Below are positions 18,703 to 26,542 of a stretch of 64,000 nt of DNA, in pieces (positions within the stretch are counted from its first letter, which is position 1; every line of letters begins with the position of its first letter). The notes below the pieces were generated by a model that was not told the DNA's origin, ran no database searches, and was given only the letters and a program-made list of their open reading frames with translations. Source of the DNA: an uncultured Bacilli bacterium. Lineage in GTDB: Bacteria > Bacillota_I > Bacilli_A > RF39 > UBA660. Location of the stretch: positions 5,214-69,213 of the forward strand of contig CAKOHI010000007.1 in assembly GCA_934085585.1 (NCBI GenBank). Direction: 5' to 3'. The translations under genes and the position numbers were made by a program.

Positions 18703-19369
18703 TTTTTTCCTCCATTAAATCTGGTCTTAATTCTTTGGTCTTTTTTAACTTCTCTTGTTTTCTATATAAAGCAATTTTTTTATGATCACCTGATAATAGA
18801 ATTTCTGGAACCTTTAGTCCTCGATATTCTTGAGGCTTTGTATAGGTTGGATAATCTAACATGTTGTTATTAAATGATTCTTCTTCTAAAGACGAATCGG
18901 ATATTACTCCGGGTAATAATCTAGTTATAGAGTCAGTTATCGCCATAGCTGGTATTTCTCCGCCGGTTAAAATATAGTCGCCGATAGATATTACTTCATC
19001 AACTCTTGTTTTAATTCTTTCATCAAAACCTTCATAATGTCCACAGATTATTATTAAATGCTTGTAGTTAGTCAAACTTTTGGCTACACTTTGGTTATAT
19101 TTTATTCCTTCTGGACTTAATAAAATCACGTGGGCATCTTTGGTATCAATCTTATCAAGACACTCAAATATTGGTTCACATCTTAATATCATACCTGCTC
19201 CCCCACCATATGGGGTATCATCAACTTGCTTATTATTAAGTGGGGAATAATCTCTAAAATTTATAAGATTTATTTCTATTTGATTTTTTTTTATTGCTCT
19301 TTTTATAATTGATGTATTAATAAAACCCTCAAACATCTCTGGAAAAAGTGTAAGTATATCAATCTTCAT
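18695..19369 (-). CDS. trmD: tRNA (guanine37-N1)-methyltransferase
   Basis: MKIDILTLFPEMF start, YGGGAGM, GHYEGFDERI, SIGDYILTGGE motifs. Confidence 0.95.
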   Translation of the reverse strand: MKIDILTLFPEMFEGFINTSIIKRAIKKNQIEINLINFRDYSPLNNKQVDDTPYGGGAGMILRCEPIFECLDKIDTKDAHVILLSPEGIKYNQSVAKSLTNYKHLIIICGHYEGFDERIKTRVDEVISIGDYILTGGEIPAMAITDSITRLLPGVISDSSLEEESFNNNMLDYPTYTKPQEYRGLKVPEILLSGDHKKIALYRKQEKLKKTKELRPDLMEEKNE

Positions 19370-19380
19370 TTTTAACCTCC

Positions 19381-19869
19381 CTATATAATAAGATTCTTTG
19401 CTTCTTTGGTATATAATATTTTTTTATCTTTATCAAACTTTATTACATAATTTTCTATTAAAGGTAATAAAAATTCTTTATCTTTTTTTACTCTCAATAA
19501 AACATTGTGGCCATTTATTACTTCAACTACTTTTCCTAGATTGATTCCATCATCATCCAAGACAACGCTATTTATTAAATCTTTATATAAATATTCATCT
19601 TCAGTTAAATTTAAATCTAGTAATTTAATATAAATGTTATATCCAACGTATTTTAAAATATCATTTATGTTTTCTAAATTATCAATTTTTAATAAAATAT
19701 AATTTTTGTGATATCTTACACCACTGATGGTATGTTCAATATTATTAATAAGTATTTTATTATTTATTTTATATGCTTTGTCACAAAATTCAAAGTCACT
19801 TATGACTTTTAGTTCACCTTTTATCCCAAATGTACTTACTGTTTTACCTATATAAACCATTTCATTCAT
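19381..19869 (-). CDS. rimM: ribosome maturation factor RimM
   Basis: IGKTVSTFGIKGELKV motif and a PRC-barrel C-terminus. Start moved to the ATG at 19869 (GAGGttaatcATG), which is inside the longer track ORF. Confidence 0.8.
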   Translation of the reverse strand: MNEMVYIGKTVSTFGIKGELKVISDFEFCDKAYKINNKILINNIEHTISGVRYHKNYILLKIDNLENINDILKYVGYNIYIKLLDLNLTEDEYLYKDLINSVVLDDDGINLGKVVEVINGHNVLLRVKKDKEFLLPLIENYVIKFDKDKKILYTKEAKNLII

Positions 19870-20572
19870 GATTAACCTCATACATAATAATACTTGCACA
19901 TACCCCAGCATTTAATGATTCACAATCTGGATTCATTTTAATATTTATAAATTCATCACAGATTTTTTTAGTTTCTTCTTTCATTCCATTACCTTCATTT
20001 CCAATTACTATAGCAATATTTGCATTACTAATATTTCTTACATCGGTTCCTTTATTTACATCTGTGCCAATAATTTTGTATCCTAAATTTTTAAGAACAG
20101 GTAAAAATTCATTTAAATTTCTTCTTATAATATTTAGATTAAAAAGCATACCTTCGGTAGCACGCACTACCTTGGGATTATATAAATCAACAGAATCATC
20201 GCTTAAAACGATTGTATCAATATTAAATGCCACGCCACTTCTTATAATTGTTCCTAAATTTCCTGGATCTTGTAAATTATCAAGTATTAAAACATTACCA
20301 CTTATGGTATCTTCTGGTATAAAATTTATTACTGCTATATTATAACTAATAGATTTTTGATCACTTATTTTTTCCATAATTTCTTTAGTAACAAAATAAT
20401 CTGCATTGATATCTACACAACTTATTATATATTCTATTAAATTATTTTTTTTAGCTTCCTTTATTAAATGATCACCTTCGATGATAAATTTTCTTTCTTT
20501 ATCTCGTATTTTTTTGTTTTTTAAACTTACCCAGTATTTGACTAAATCGTTATGTACACTTGTTATTTTCAT
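19862..20572 (-). CDS. TrmH/SpoU-family RNA 2'-O-methyltransferase
   Basis: SpoU substrate-binding N-domain. Motifs LDNLQDPGNLGTIIRS, IVIGNEGNGM, SLNAGVCASI. Confidence 0.85.
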   Translation of the reverse strand: MKITSVHNDLVKYWVSLKNKKIRDKERKFIIEGDHLIKEAKKNNLIEYIISCVDINADYFVTKEIMEKISDQKSISYNIAVINFIPEDTISGNVLILDNLQDPGNLGTIIRSGVAFNIDTIVLSDDSVDLYNPKVVRATEGMLFNLNIIRRNLNEFLPVLKNLGYKIIGTDVNKGTDVRNISNANIAIVIGNEGNGMKEETKKICDEFINIKMNPDCESLNAGVCASIIMYEVNHE

Positions 20573-21204
20573 GCTTTTAACCTCTTTCTTGCTTCTTTAT
20601 AATTTGGATATGCAAGTCCTACTAAATGCCAAAAATTTTTACTATGATTTGCTTCAAAAAAATGACACATTTCATGAATTATTACATAATCTAGTAAGTC
20701 TATGTCCTTTTTTAAAAGCTCTGTATTTAAGGTAATCGTTTTCTTACTTGGATTACATACACCCCATCTAGTTAGCATACTTCTAAATTTTAAGGTAAAT
20801 TCTGGAAGATTTGAAAAACATTTTTTAGCAATTTCGACTTCACTTTTAAAAATTCTTTCAACCTCACTTTTATAAAAATTTTCTAAAGCTTTCATTGATG
20901 GTGCAAATACAGTATCATTATCAAATCTTATTTCTGTTTCTTCCTTTTTTATTTCTATAAAGTATTTTTTTCCAAGGTATAAAAACAGTTCATTATCGCG
21001 AGAATTCTCATAGGCTTTATCATACATTTTTAAAATACTATCTTCATTTTTGGCAATCATCTTTAAAATATTTTCTTGCCCTAAATATATTGGGCATGTT
21101 ACATGTATTTTTAAATCATCTTTTACTCTGAAATAAATATTTTTATTGTTTTTTCTTGTTAATATTACTTCTATTTCTTTACCATTACTTGCTTTGTATG
21201 TCAT
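20569..21204 (-). CDS. M48-like metal-dependent hydrolase (YgjP/DUF45 family)
   Basis: RWGVCNP...ITLN and IIHEMCHFFEANHSKNFW (HExxH + NHS..FW) motifs. Confidence 0.75.
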   Translation of the reverse strand: MTYKASNGKEIEVILTRKNNKNIYFRVKDDLKIHVTCPIYLGQENILKMIAKNEDSILKMYDKAYENSRDNELFLYLGKKYFIEIKKEETEIRFDNDTVFAPSMKALENFYKSEVERIFKSEVEIAKKCFSNLPEFTLKFRSMLTRWGVCNPSKKTITLNTELLKKDIDLLDYVIIHEMCHFFEANHSKNFWHLVGLAYPNYKEARKRLKA

Positions 21205-21568
21205 TTTTTAGTATATCCCTTATTTCTTCTAGAGTTTTTAATTCATCACTTTTGGTAGGTTTAGCTGGTTTTTCTTCCTTTTTATGTGTTACTTTGTTTA
21301 CTGCTTTTACCACTATAAATAAACAAAGAGCTACGATTAAAAAGTCTATTATACTTTGGATAAATGCGCCGTACATGATTTTTGTATCTTTAAATGTTAT
21401 AGAAAGATTAGAAAAATCTACTCCACCAACGATTAATCCTATTACGGGGGTAAATATATTATTAACTAAACTTGTTACTATTGATGAGAATGCTCCACCT
21501 ACTATAACACCAACTGCTAAATCTAAAACATTTCCTCTTGCTATAAATTTTTTAAATTCTTTTAACAT
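21185..21568 (-). CDS. mscL: large-conductance mechanosensitive channel
   Basis: MLKEFKKFIARGNVLDLAVGVIVGGAFSSIV is the canonical MscL N-terminus. Two TM helices, 127 aa. Confidence 0.95.
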   Translation of the reverse strand: MLKEFKKFIARGNVLDLAVGVIVGGAFSSIVTSLVNNIFTPVIGLIVGGVDFSNLSITFKDTKIMYGAFIQSIIDFLIVALCLFIVVKAVNKVTHKKEEKPAKPTKSDELKTLEEIRDILKNDIQSK

Positions 21569-21636
21569 ATTATCACTTCCTTATGGAATAATTATACAAA
21601 AAAAAGACAGATTAATCTATCCTTTTTTGAATATTT

Positions 21637-22926
21637 TTATGAGTTTTCAATAATATATGGATTTGTTTTTTTACCATTTCCTGATACATATTTCATATTT
21701 TCAGTTAAATAAAATACAGGTCTAGATGATAATGGATTAACACTAAAACGTATAGCATCAATTGTTCCTCCAATTGTAATTCCATTAGCATAATAATGCG
21801 AACACGCATAACAATACACTGATATTGTCCATTCATCTTGACTTACACTAGTATCGTTGTTACTTTGATGTAACCAAGAATTCAATAATGGATATGAATA
21901 GTCTCTCCATGCAGTTGTTTTTAATCCAATTTCTCCAAGGGAAAGTCCAATGTCAGAATCATACATCAAACCAATTAATCCTGGATAAGTACTTGCCTTC
22001 TTTTCTTTATTATAGGCATCTGTAAATGTACCACTATGACCTATAAAAGACTTATAATTCCAAGTTACAATCGCCGAATACCATGAAGTACTTGTTACAA
22101 AATATGGATACGTTGAGGTTTTTGTTAAATAATGGGATCCATTAATATTCCTTCTTATAGTGCTGGTTCCCCATGTGGCTTCACTATTTTTTGAATACCA
22201 TAGACTTGTATTTTTTAATTGTTTATATTTAATTAATTTTGTGTGATTAACACTTGATGAATCTTTGAATACTCCGATGATTCGATACATATAAACATCT
22301 TCATTTCCTAAGCAAGTGGTTTTATTTGTGGTACCAAAACATGCATAATTATCTGGAGCTTTTCCAATATATCTTAAACCATCACCACTTAAACTAGATT
22401 GCCAAACATCTCTTTTTAAAATGATATGTTCGTTTAGATTTTTCTCATCTACGATTGTAATTTTTTTAGATAAAACGTTTTTAGTATAAGGACTTATTGT
22501 ATTTATCTCTAATAAAACATCTGTTGAATCTGTAAATGTTTTACCATCCTTTTTAACAAAAGATATATTTAAATCTTTAGTATTTTTTTGTTTACCACTT
22601 ACAGTAATGGTAGTTTTTCCATCCGTAACTAAGGTATCATCTATAAGTAAATCAAATATATCAGAAGTTATACTTATTTCAAATGTAATGTCTAAATCTG
22701 TTTGATCATCAGTTATAAAATTATTTATTGAAACATTTGTTATTACACTTTGATTATCTTCAAGAACATATTTATCATATAAAACTGCACCATTAGCATA
22801 AAATTTATCACTAGTAATTTCTAATTTTTCTGAAACTCCATATTGATATTTACCTAAAGTATTGGATGCTTGCAACAATATTAATAAAAATATTGCAATT
22901 AATAAAAAATACTTTATTTTTTTCAT
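21637..22926 (-). CDS. secreted protein: fibre-subunit-like N-domain fused to the shared C-terminal module (putative tip adhesin of the SipW operon)
   Basis: Signal-like N-terminus (FLLIAIFLLILLQASNTLGKYQY). The C-terminal about 260 aa are paralogous to the C-terminus of ORF 12001-13824 (ACFGTTNKTTC..MYRIIGVF..KLIKY, IGLMYDSDIGLS, RPVFYLTENMKYVSGNGKKTNPYIIE). Last gene of the operon. Confidence 0.55.
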   Translation of the reverse strand: MKKIKYFLLIAIFLLILLQASNTLGKYQYGVSEKLEITSDKFYANGAVLYDKYVLEDNQSVITNVSINNFITDDQTDLDITFEISITSDIFDLLIDDTLVTDGKTTITVSGKQKNTKDLNISFVKKDGKTFTDSTDVLLEINTISPYTKNVLSKKITIVDEKNLNEHIILKRDVWQSSLSGDGLRYIGKAPDNYACFGTTNKTTCLGNEDVYMYRIIGVFKDSSSVNHTKLIKYKQLKNTSLWYSKNSEATWGTSTIRRNINGSHYLTKTSTYPYFVTSTSWYSAIVTWNYKSFIGHSGTFTDAYNKEKKASTYPGLIGLMYDSDIGLSLGEIGLKTTAWRDYSYPLLNSWLHQSNNDTSVSQDEWTISVYCYACSHYYANGITIGGTIDAIRFSVNPLSSRPVFYLTENMKYVSGNGKKTNPYIIENS

Positions 22927-22936
22927 TTTGCCTCCT

Positions 22937-23443
22937 TTATAGTTGTTCTATGTATGCATTAATCTTTATATAATCTGTTATATTTTGATATTCATATGAT
23001 GTATCTAATTCATTCCAAGAAATCTTTAAAACAAAGTCTTGGGTTTCTTTTATATCTTTATTTAATGTAAAATAATCTGTTTGATTGTTAGTTAATGGTA
23101 GTTCTGTTAATGTATCATTTTCTTTTTTATATAGTTTATATTCTAGTGGTAATTTATCATTTTCAAGGGAAATAGTTAAATAATATTTTAAGGTAATATC
23201 ATTAATTTCGTTATCATTAAAATTGGTAATGCTAAAATTTGTTTCAATTTCATTTGTTGGATTTATTTTATTTGCATTAGAAGATGTGACTAGATTAAAT
23301 ATTGGTTTGGCAATTTCAATTGAGCTTTCACTTTCATAGACACTTTTATAGCTTGCAAATGTATTATAACTGCAAAATATACTAATTAAAAGAATTAGTA
23401 TATTGGTAATTGCTATATTATCTATTTTTTTCATAATCGTCAC
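22937..23443 (-). CDS. small secreted TasA-like protein (putative minor fibre subunit)
   Basis: N-terminal hydrophobic helix ending CSYNTFASYKSVYESESSIEIAKP. It shares the Y-x(7-9)-S-x3-IAK(W/P) junction with ORF 24659-25228. The remainder is predicted to be all-beta. Confidence 0.45.
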   Translation of the reverse strand: MTIMKKIDNIAITNILILLISIFCSYNTFASYKSVYESESSIEIAKPIFNLVTSSNANKINPTNEIETNFSITNFNDNEINDITLKYYLTISLENDKLPLEYKLYKKENDTLTELPLTNNQTDYFTLNKDIKETQDFVLKISWNELDTSYEYQNITDYIKINAYIEQL

Positions 23444-23452
23444 TACCTTAAT

Positions 23453-23917
23453 TTATTTTCTTCTGCAATTTATGACTAGTGCTAGTAATATTAAAATTGT
23501 AACTATTTTATGTTTTAAAAATAAACCAATTATTCTTAATTTTAAAGTGTATTTTCCAATGATATCATCCTTTTTTATCGGAGTATCTTCAATATTATTG
23601 TTGTCTCCTTTAGTTACAATGTTATTTTCATTTAATTTTACAATTCGATGGGTTATGTATGAACTTTTTTCTTTATATGTAACAATATCTCCTTCTTTAT
23701 AGGTATTACTTTTTTTTACTAAAATATAGTCTCCTTTTTTCAATGTGCTTTCCATACTTTTTGATGCTACTTGAAATATATAGTATTTATTAAATATTGC
23801 AGGATTGCTTTTTTTAATTATTTTTTGATATGCAATAAATATTAAATAAATTACTAAAAATATTATTAAAACATATTTTATTACTTCTTTTAATTTTAAT
23901 AATTTTTCCTTATTCAT
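23453..23917 (-). CDS. sipW: signal peptidase I, ER/archaeal type (SipW-like)
   Basis: N-terminal TM helix. Ser box VASKSMESTL, His box YITHRIV, TKGDNNNIED box and a C-terminal TM helix. This is the SipW (Ser/His) pattern and differs from the P-type LepB at 268-750. Confidence 0.85.
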   Translation of the reverse strand: MNKEKLLKLKEVIKYVLIIFLVIYLIFIAYQKIIKKSNPAIFNKYYIFQVASKSMESTLKKGDYILVKKSNTYKEGDIVTYKEKSSYITHRIVKLNENNIVTKGDNNNIEDTPIKKDDIIGKYTLKLRIIGLFLKHKIVTILILLALVINCRRK

Positions 23918-24578
23918 AATATTCCTCAGCTGTTATATTAACATTTAAAGAATATTTGACATTATCTTCTTTGCCAATTTCAGTGTCGTTTTCACTTTCA
24001 AACCATTTCCATTCAAGGTAATAAGTATCACTTGTTAATTTATTTATCTTCTCATTTTCTAATATTAATTCTTCAGCGGTAACCCACTTTGTCTCATTGC
24101 CGATTAAATAATTTGTGTCATTTTTCAATCTGTATAACATATTAATGTTATAGGGATTTTCAGCATGAAATTTTATGTTATATGATAAATTATAATTAGT
24201 ACTATTTTTAACTATAAATTTGTATGTATTTGACGAATTTGGGGCAATAATACTTTTCATATTATATAAAGGATTGGCAAATACATTTATTTTTGTATCA
24301 CTTTGCCAAGTAAAATTATTGCTTTTTACAACAAACTTTCCAGTATCTTCATCAAATACTTGTTCTTCATTATTTTTATTGTTATCTTTATTATCTGGTT
24401 TACATGGTTTACACGTATTATCATTATCTTTATTGCAAGTACATTTAATTTCAAAAATATTTACATTATTATTGGGAAGATAAACTTCTTTTTGGTTTAG
24501 TTTATATAACAATAATATAATTATTATTAAAATAAATATAATTGTAAGATAAATAAATGATATATTTTTATTTTTCAT
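23910..24578 (-). CDS. membrane-anchored/secreted TasA-like protein with a Cys-rich linker (TapA-like accessory candidate)
   Basis: N-terminal TM helix, then the linker KCTCNKDNDNTCKPCKPDNKDNNKNN. The beta-rich domain carries IAPNSSNTYKFIVKNST, similar to MAPGSTASGEFTIDPTG in ORF 24659-25228. There is an 8-nt overlap with sipW. Confidence 0.45.
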   Translation of the reverse strand: MKNKNISFIYLTIIFILIIIILLLYKLNQKEVYLPNNNVNIFEIKCTCNKDNDNTCKPCKPDNKDNNKNNEEQVFDEDTGKFVVKSNNFTWQSDTKINVFANPLYNMKSIIAPNSSNTYKFIVKNSTNYNLSYNIKFHAENPYNINMLYRLKNDTNYLIGNETKWVTAEELILENEKINKLTSDTYYLEWKWFESENDTEIGKEDNVKYSLNVNITAEEYYE

Positions 24579-24634
24579 ATTTACCTCCGATTATTACTTT
24601 CAGTAAAAACTATAAATACTTTATAATCTTTATT

Positions 24635-24652
24635 GGAAGTAATAATACTTCC
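24635..24652. other. stem-loop between the first gene of the SipW operon and the rest
   Basis: GGAAGTA-ataa-TACTTCC lies 7 nt after the stop of ORF 24659-25228. There is no T-tract on the coding (minus) strand. A T-tract is present on the plus strand. Confidence 0.4.
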
Positions 24653-24658
24653 TATTTT

Positions 24659-25228
24659 TTAATCTATATGTTGTTTAACTGTGATATTTATTGGCAAATT
24701 AATTGTGCCTGCAGTTTTTCCTGTAGTTGTATCATTTTCATTATTAGTTTCATCGTTAGTCCATTCTACGGTTACTTTAACTGTAGTTAGTTTGTTAGCT
24801 AATGCATCATCTAATGAAATTGTACCAACATATTTTCCTTCACCATTTTTAGTTAAATCAACACCACCAACAGATAATGATTTAATAGCAATTTTGTTAT
24901 TAGTTATATTTGTTGTATCAATATTAACTTCATAATCTATTGCTACTTCAGAACCAGTTGGATCAATTGTAAATTCGCCACTTGCTGTACTTCCTGGAGC
25001 CATTTTTCCACTGGCAACATTAGTATTTTCATTGACGGTTAAAGTTAACTTTTGAGTAGAACTTAATTCGTTGCTGCCTTCTTTTACTGCTACTTGCCAT
25101 TTTGCTATTGTTACATCTGATGAGGTTTCGACTGTTGTTAAATATCTAGCATATGTATAAGTTCCTGCTGAAATAATTACCACTAAAACTAATAATGCTA
25201 ATAGAAAAACATAGTCTCTTTTTTTCAA
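24659..25228 (-). CDS. secreted TasA/camelysin-like protein (putative major fibre subunit)
   Basis: TTG start 5 nt after GAGGAGGAAG. The signal-like N-terminus LLALLVLVVIISAGTYTYARY is followed by SSDVTIAKW. The body is Thr/Asn/Val-rich and beta-like, with no Cys. First gene of the operon, behind the best promoter. Confidence 0.5.
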   Translation of the reverse strand: MKKRDYVFLLALLVLVVIISAGTYTYARYLTTVETSSDVTIAKWQVAVKEGSNELSSTQKLTLTVNENTNVASGKMAPGSTASGEFTIDPTGSEVAIDYEVNIDTTNITNNKIAIKSLSVGGVDLTKNGEGKYVGTISLDDALANKLTTVKVTVEWTNDETNNENDTTTGKTAGTINLPINITVKQHID

Positions 25229-25286
25229 AATACTTCCTCCTCTCTTGTTTATTTAGGGATTGTTTTGTTTGTCTTTTCTCTACCCT

Positions 25287-25323
25287 ATAATAGAATAATA
25301 TCATTTTTTGTCGAACAATGCAA
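25287..25323 (-). promoter_or_regulatory. putative sigma-A-type promoter of the SipW operon
   Basis: On the minus strand: TTGCAT (25323-25318), 17 nt, TGaTATTAT (extended -10, 25300-25295). An overlapping alternative is TTCGAC-17-TATTAT. It sits about 60-70 nt upstream of the TTG start. Confidence 0.45.
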
Positions 25324-25333
25324 TATTTGCACA

Positions 25334-25359
25334 ACAAAAAAATAGATGTTTAATCTATT
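25334..25359 (-). terminator. intrinsic terminator downstream of the Rpn-family gene
   Basis: Minus strand: AATAGAT-taaac-ATCTATT followed by TTTTTTTG. Confidence 0.6.
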
Positions 25360-25377
25360 TTCTTGAAGACAATTTTT

Positions 25378-26385
25378 TTATAATTCGTCTTTTAAGGCAT
25401 TAATTTCTTCGATAGATAATTTAGTAATTTCGCTAATATCTTCGACGGAAAAACTCTTCCTTAACATAGCTATTGCAGTTTCTTTGGTGTTTTCTAAACG
25501 GCCTTGTTCACGACCTTCAGTTAGTCCTTGCTCACGGCCTTCAGTTAGTCCTTGCTCACGGCCTTCAGTTAGTCCTTGCTCACGGCCTTCAGTTAGACCT
25601 TGTTCACGGCCTTCGGTTAGACCTTGTTCACGGCCTTCACTTAGCCCTTGCTCACGACCTTCAGCTAATGCTCTTTTTCTTTGTTCTTCTCTTGAATCTT
25701 CATCTTCTAATATTTCTCTGTTATAAAAAAGCAATTTATCAAATTCATCTGTTTGGGTATTTACTTCTCTGATTATCTTGGCCATAAACTCATCTCCATC
25801 ATATACTTCTTTCATCTTTTCTTTATCATTACATATAAGCAAATAAAGTAATTTCTCTAAAGACTCTTTGTCTTCCTTAACTATAGTATAATCTTTATCA
25901 AGAATTTTTGCAAGATTTATATCGTATATTTCAAACATTGGATGGATTTCTTCGTGTGATTCTATATCAAGTATCTTACTTATTACAACAAATCTCTTAT
26001 CTTTAGTTACACCATAAGTATTCAAGTTTATTTGGTACACTTTCTTATACTTATTAGTGTAATCTGAAGATTTTTTTGTTTGTCTTAAAACCAACTGACA
26101 AATATAATTATTATTTTTTCTTTCTATTTTACTTCCTTTTGAACTATTTATTTCAATATTAACTATTACTTCATCATTTTGTATTGCTAAATCTATTTCA
26201 CTATTAACAATGTTTTCATTAACACTTACAACGGGATGAATTAAAGTAAAAGTAAAATCTTCATATGAAAAGCCTAAAACCTTACAAACAATCATCGCCA
26301 GATAATCAAGTCCAGCATCCGTAGATGTCAAAATATTTTTGATAATTGAATCTCTCGAAGGCACTTCTTTTATCTTGAGAGTCAT
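25378..26385 (-). CDS. Rpn-family recombination-promoting nuclease / putative transposase (PD-(D/E)XK)
   Basis: The N-terminal two thirds have the Rpn/PDDEXK_2 pattern (IDLAIQNDEVIVNIEINSS ... NNYICQL ... VYQINLN). The C-terminus has E-G-x-x repeats followed by ...VEDISEITKLSIEEINAL, typical of Firmicutes Rpn proteins. Confidence 0.65.
   Translation of the reverse strand: MTLKIKEVPSRDSIIKNILTSTDAGLDYLAMIVCKVLGFSYEDFTFTLIHPVVSVNENIVNSEIDLAIQNDEVIVNIEINSSKGSKIERKNNNYICQLVLRQTKKSSDYTNKYKKVYQINLNTYGVTKDKRFVVISKILDIESHEEIHPMFEIYDINLAKILDKDYTIVKEDKESLEKLLYLLICNDKEKMKEVYDGDEFMAKIIREVNTQTDEFDKLLFYNREILEDEDSREEQRKRALAEGREQGLSEGREQGLTEGREQGLTEGREQGLTEGREQGLTEGREQGLTEGREQGRLENTKETAIAMLRKSFSVEDISEITKLSIEEINALKDEL
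25502..25669. repeat. 7 x 24-bp in-frame tandem repeat (encodes EGREQGL(T/S) x7) inside the Rpn-family gene
   Basis: Units counted directly: 25502, 25526, 25550, 25574, 25598, 25622, 25646. Units 2 and 3 are identical and the others differ by 1-4 nt. The block is locally much more GC-rich than its surroundings. Confidence 0.95.
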
Positions 26386-26513
26386 TTTTCCACCTCCTTT
26401 CTTGAATGTCTATTATACATGCAATTTTTTTTACTGCAACAAGTTCGACAAAACAAGTCAAAAGGTTACAAAGAACAATTACTAGATATACAATTGTATA
26501 CACATTTTTTACG

Positions 26514-26537
26514 CACAAAAAAACGACCATAAGGTCA
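26514..26537 (-). terminator. intrinsic terminator after the HD-domain gene
   Basis: Minus strand: GACC-ttat-GGTC followed by GTTTTTTTG. The stem is short. Confidence 0.4.
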
Positions 26538-26542
26538 TATAG

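Noticed and set aside
21156-21653. Plus-strand 165-aa ORF
   Set aside because: It is antisense to mscL, whose translation is unmistakable.
25502-25669. Possible CRISPR array
   Set aside because: The 24-bp units are directly abutting with no spacers. They are in frame within a CDS, and there are no cas genes in the window.
25473-25772. Plus-strand ORFs 25473-25772 and 25484-25726, with striking repeats (LVLAHGLQ / PCSRPSVS)
   Set aside because: They are the antisense read-out of the 24-bp tandem repeat inside the minus-strand Rpn-family gene. They have no SD, and the minus-strand frame has a recognisable domain architecture.
25306-26453. 11-bp inverted repeat TTTTGTCGAAC (25306-25316) / GTTCGACAAAA (26443-26453) bracketing the Rpn gene, considered as possible terminal inverted repeats
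   Set aside because: Only 11 bp match perfectly, with weak extension, in an AT-rich genome. Both copies lie in promoter-like regions, so a shared operator or chance is as likely. The second Rpn gene has no comparable flanks.
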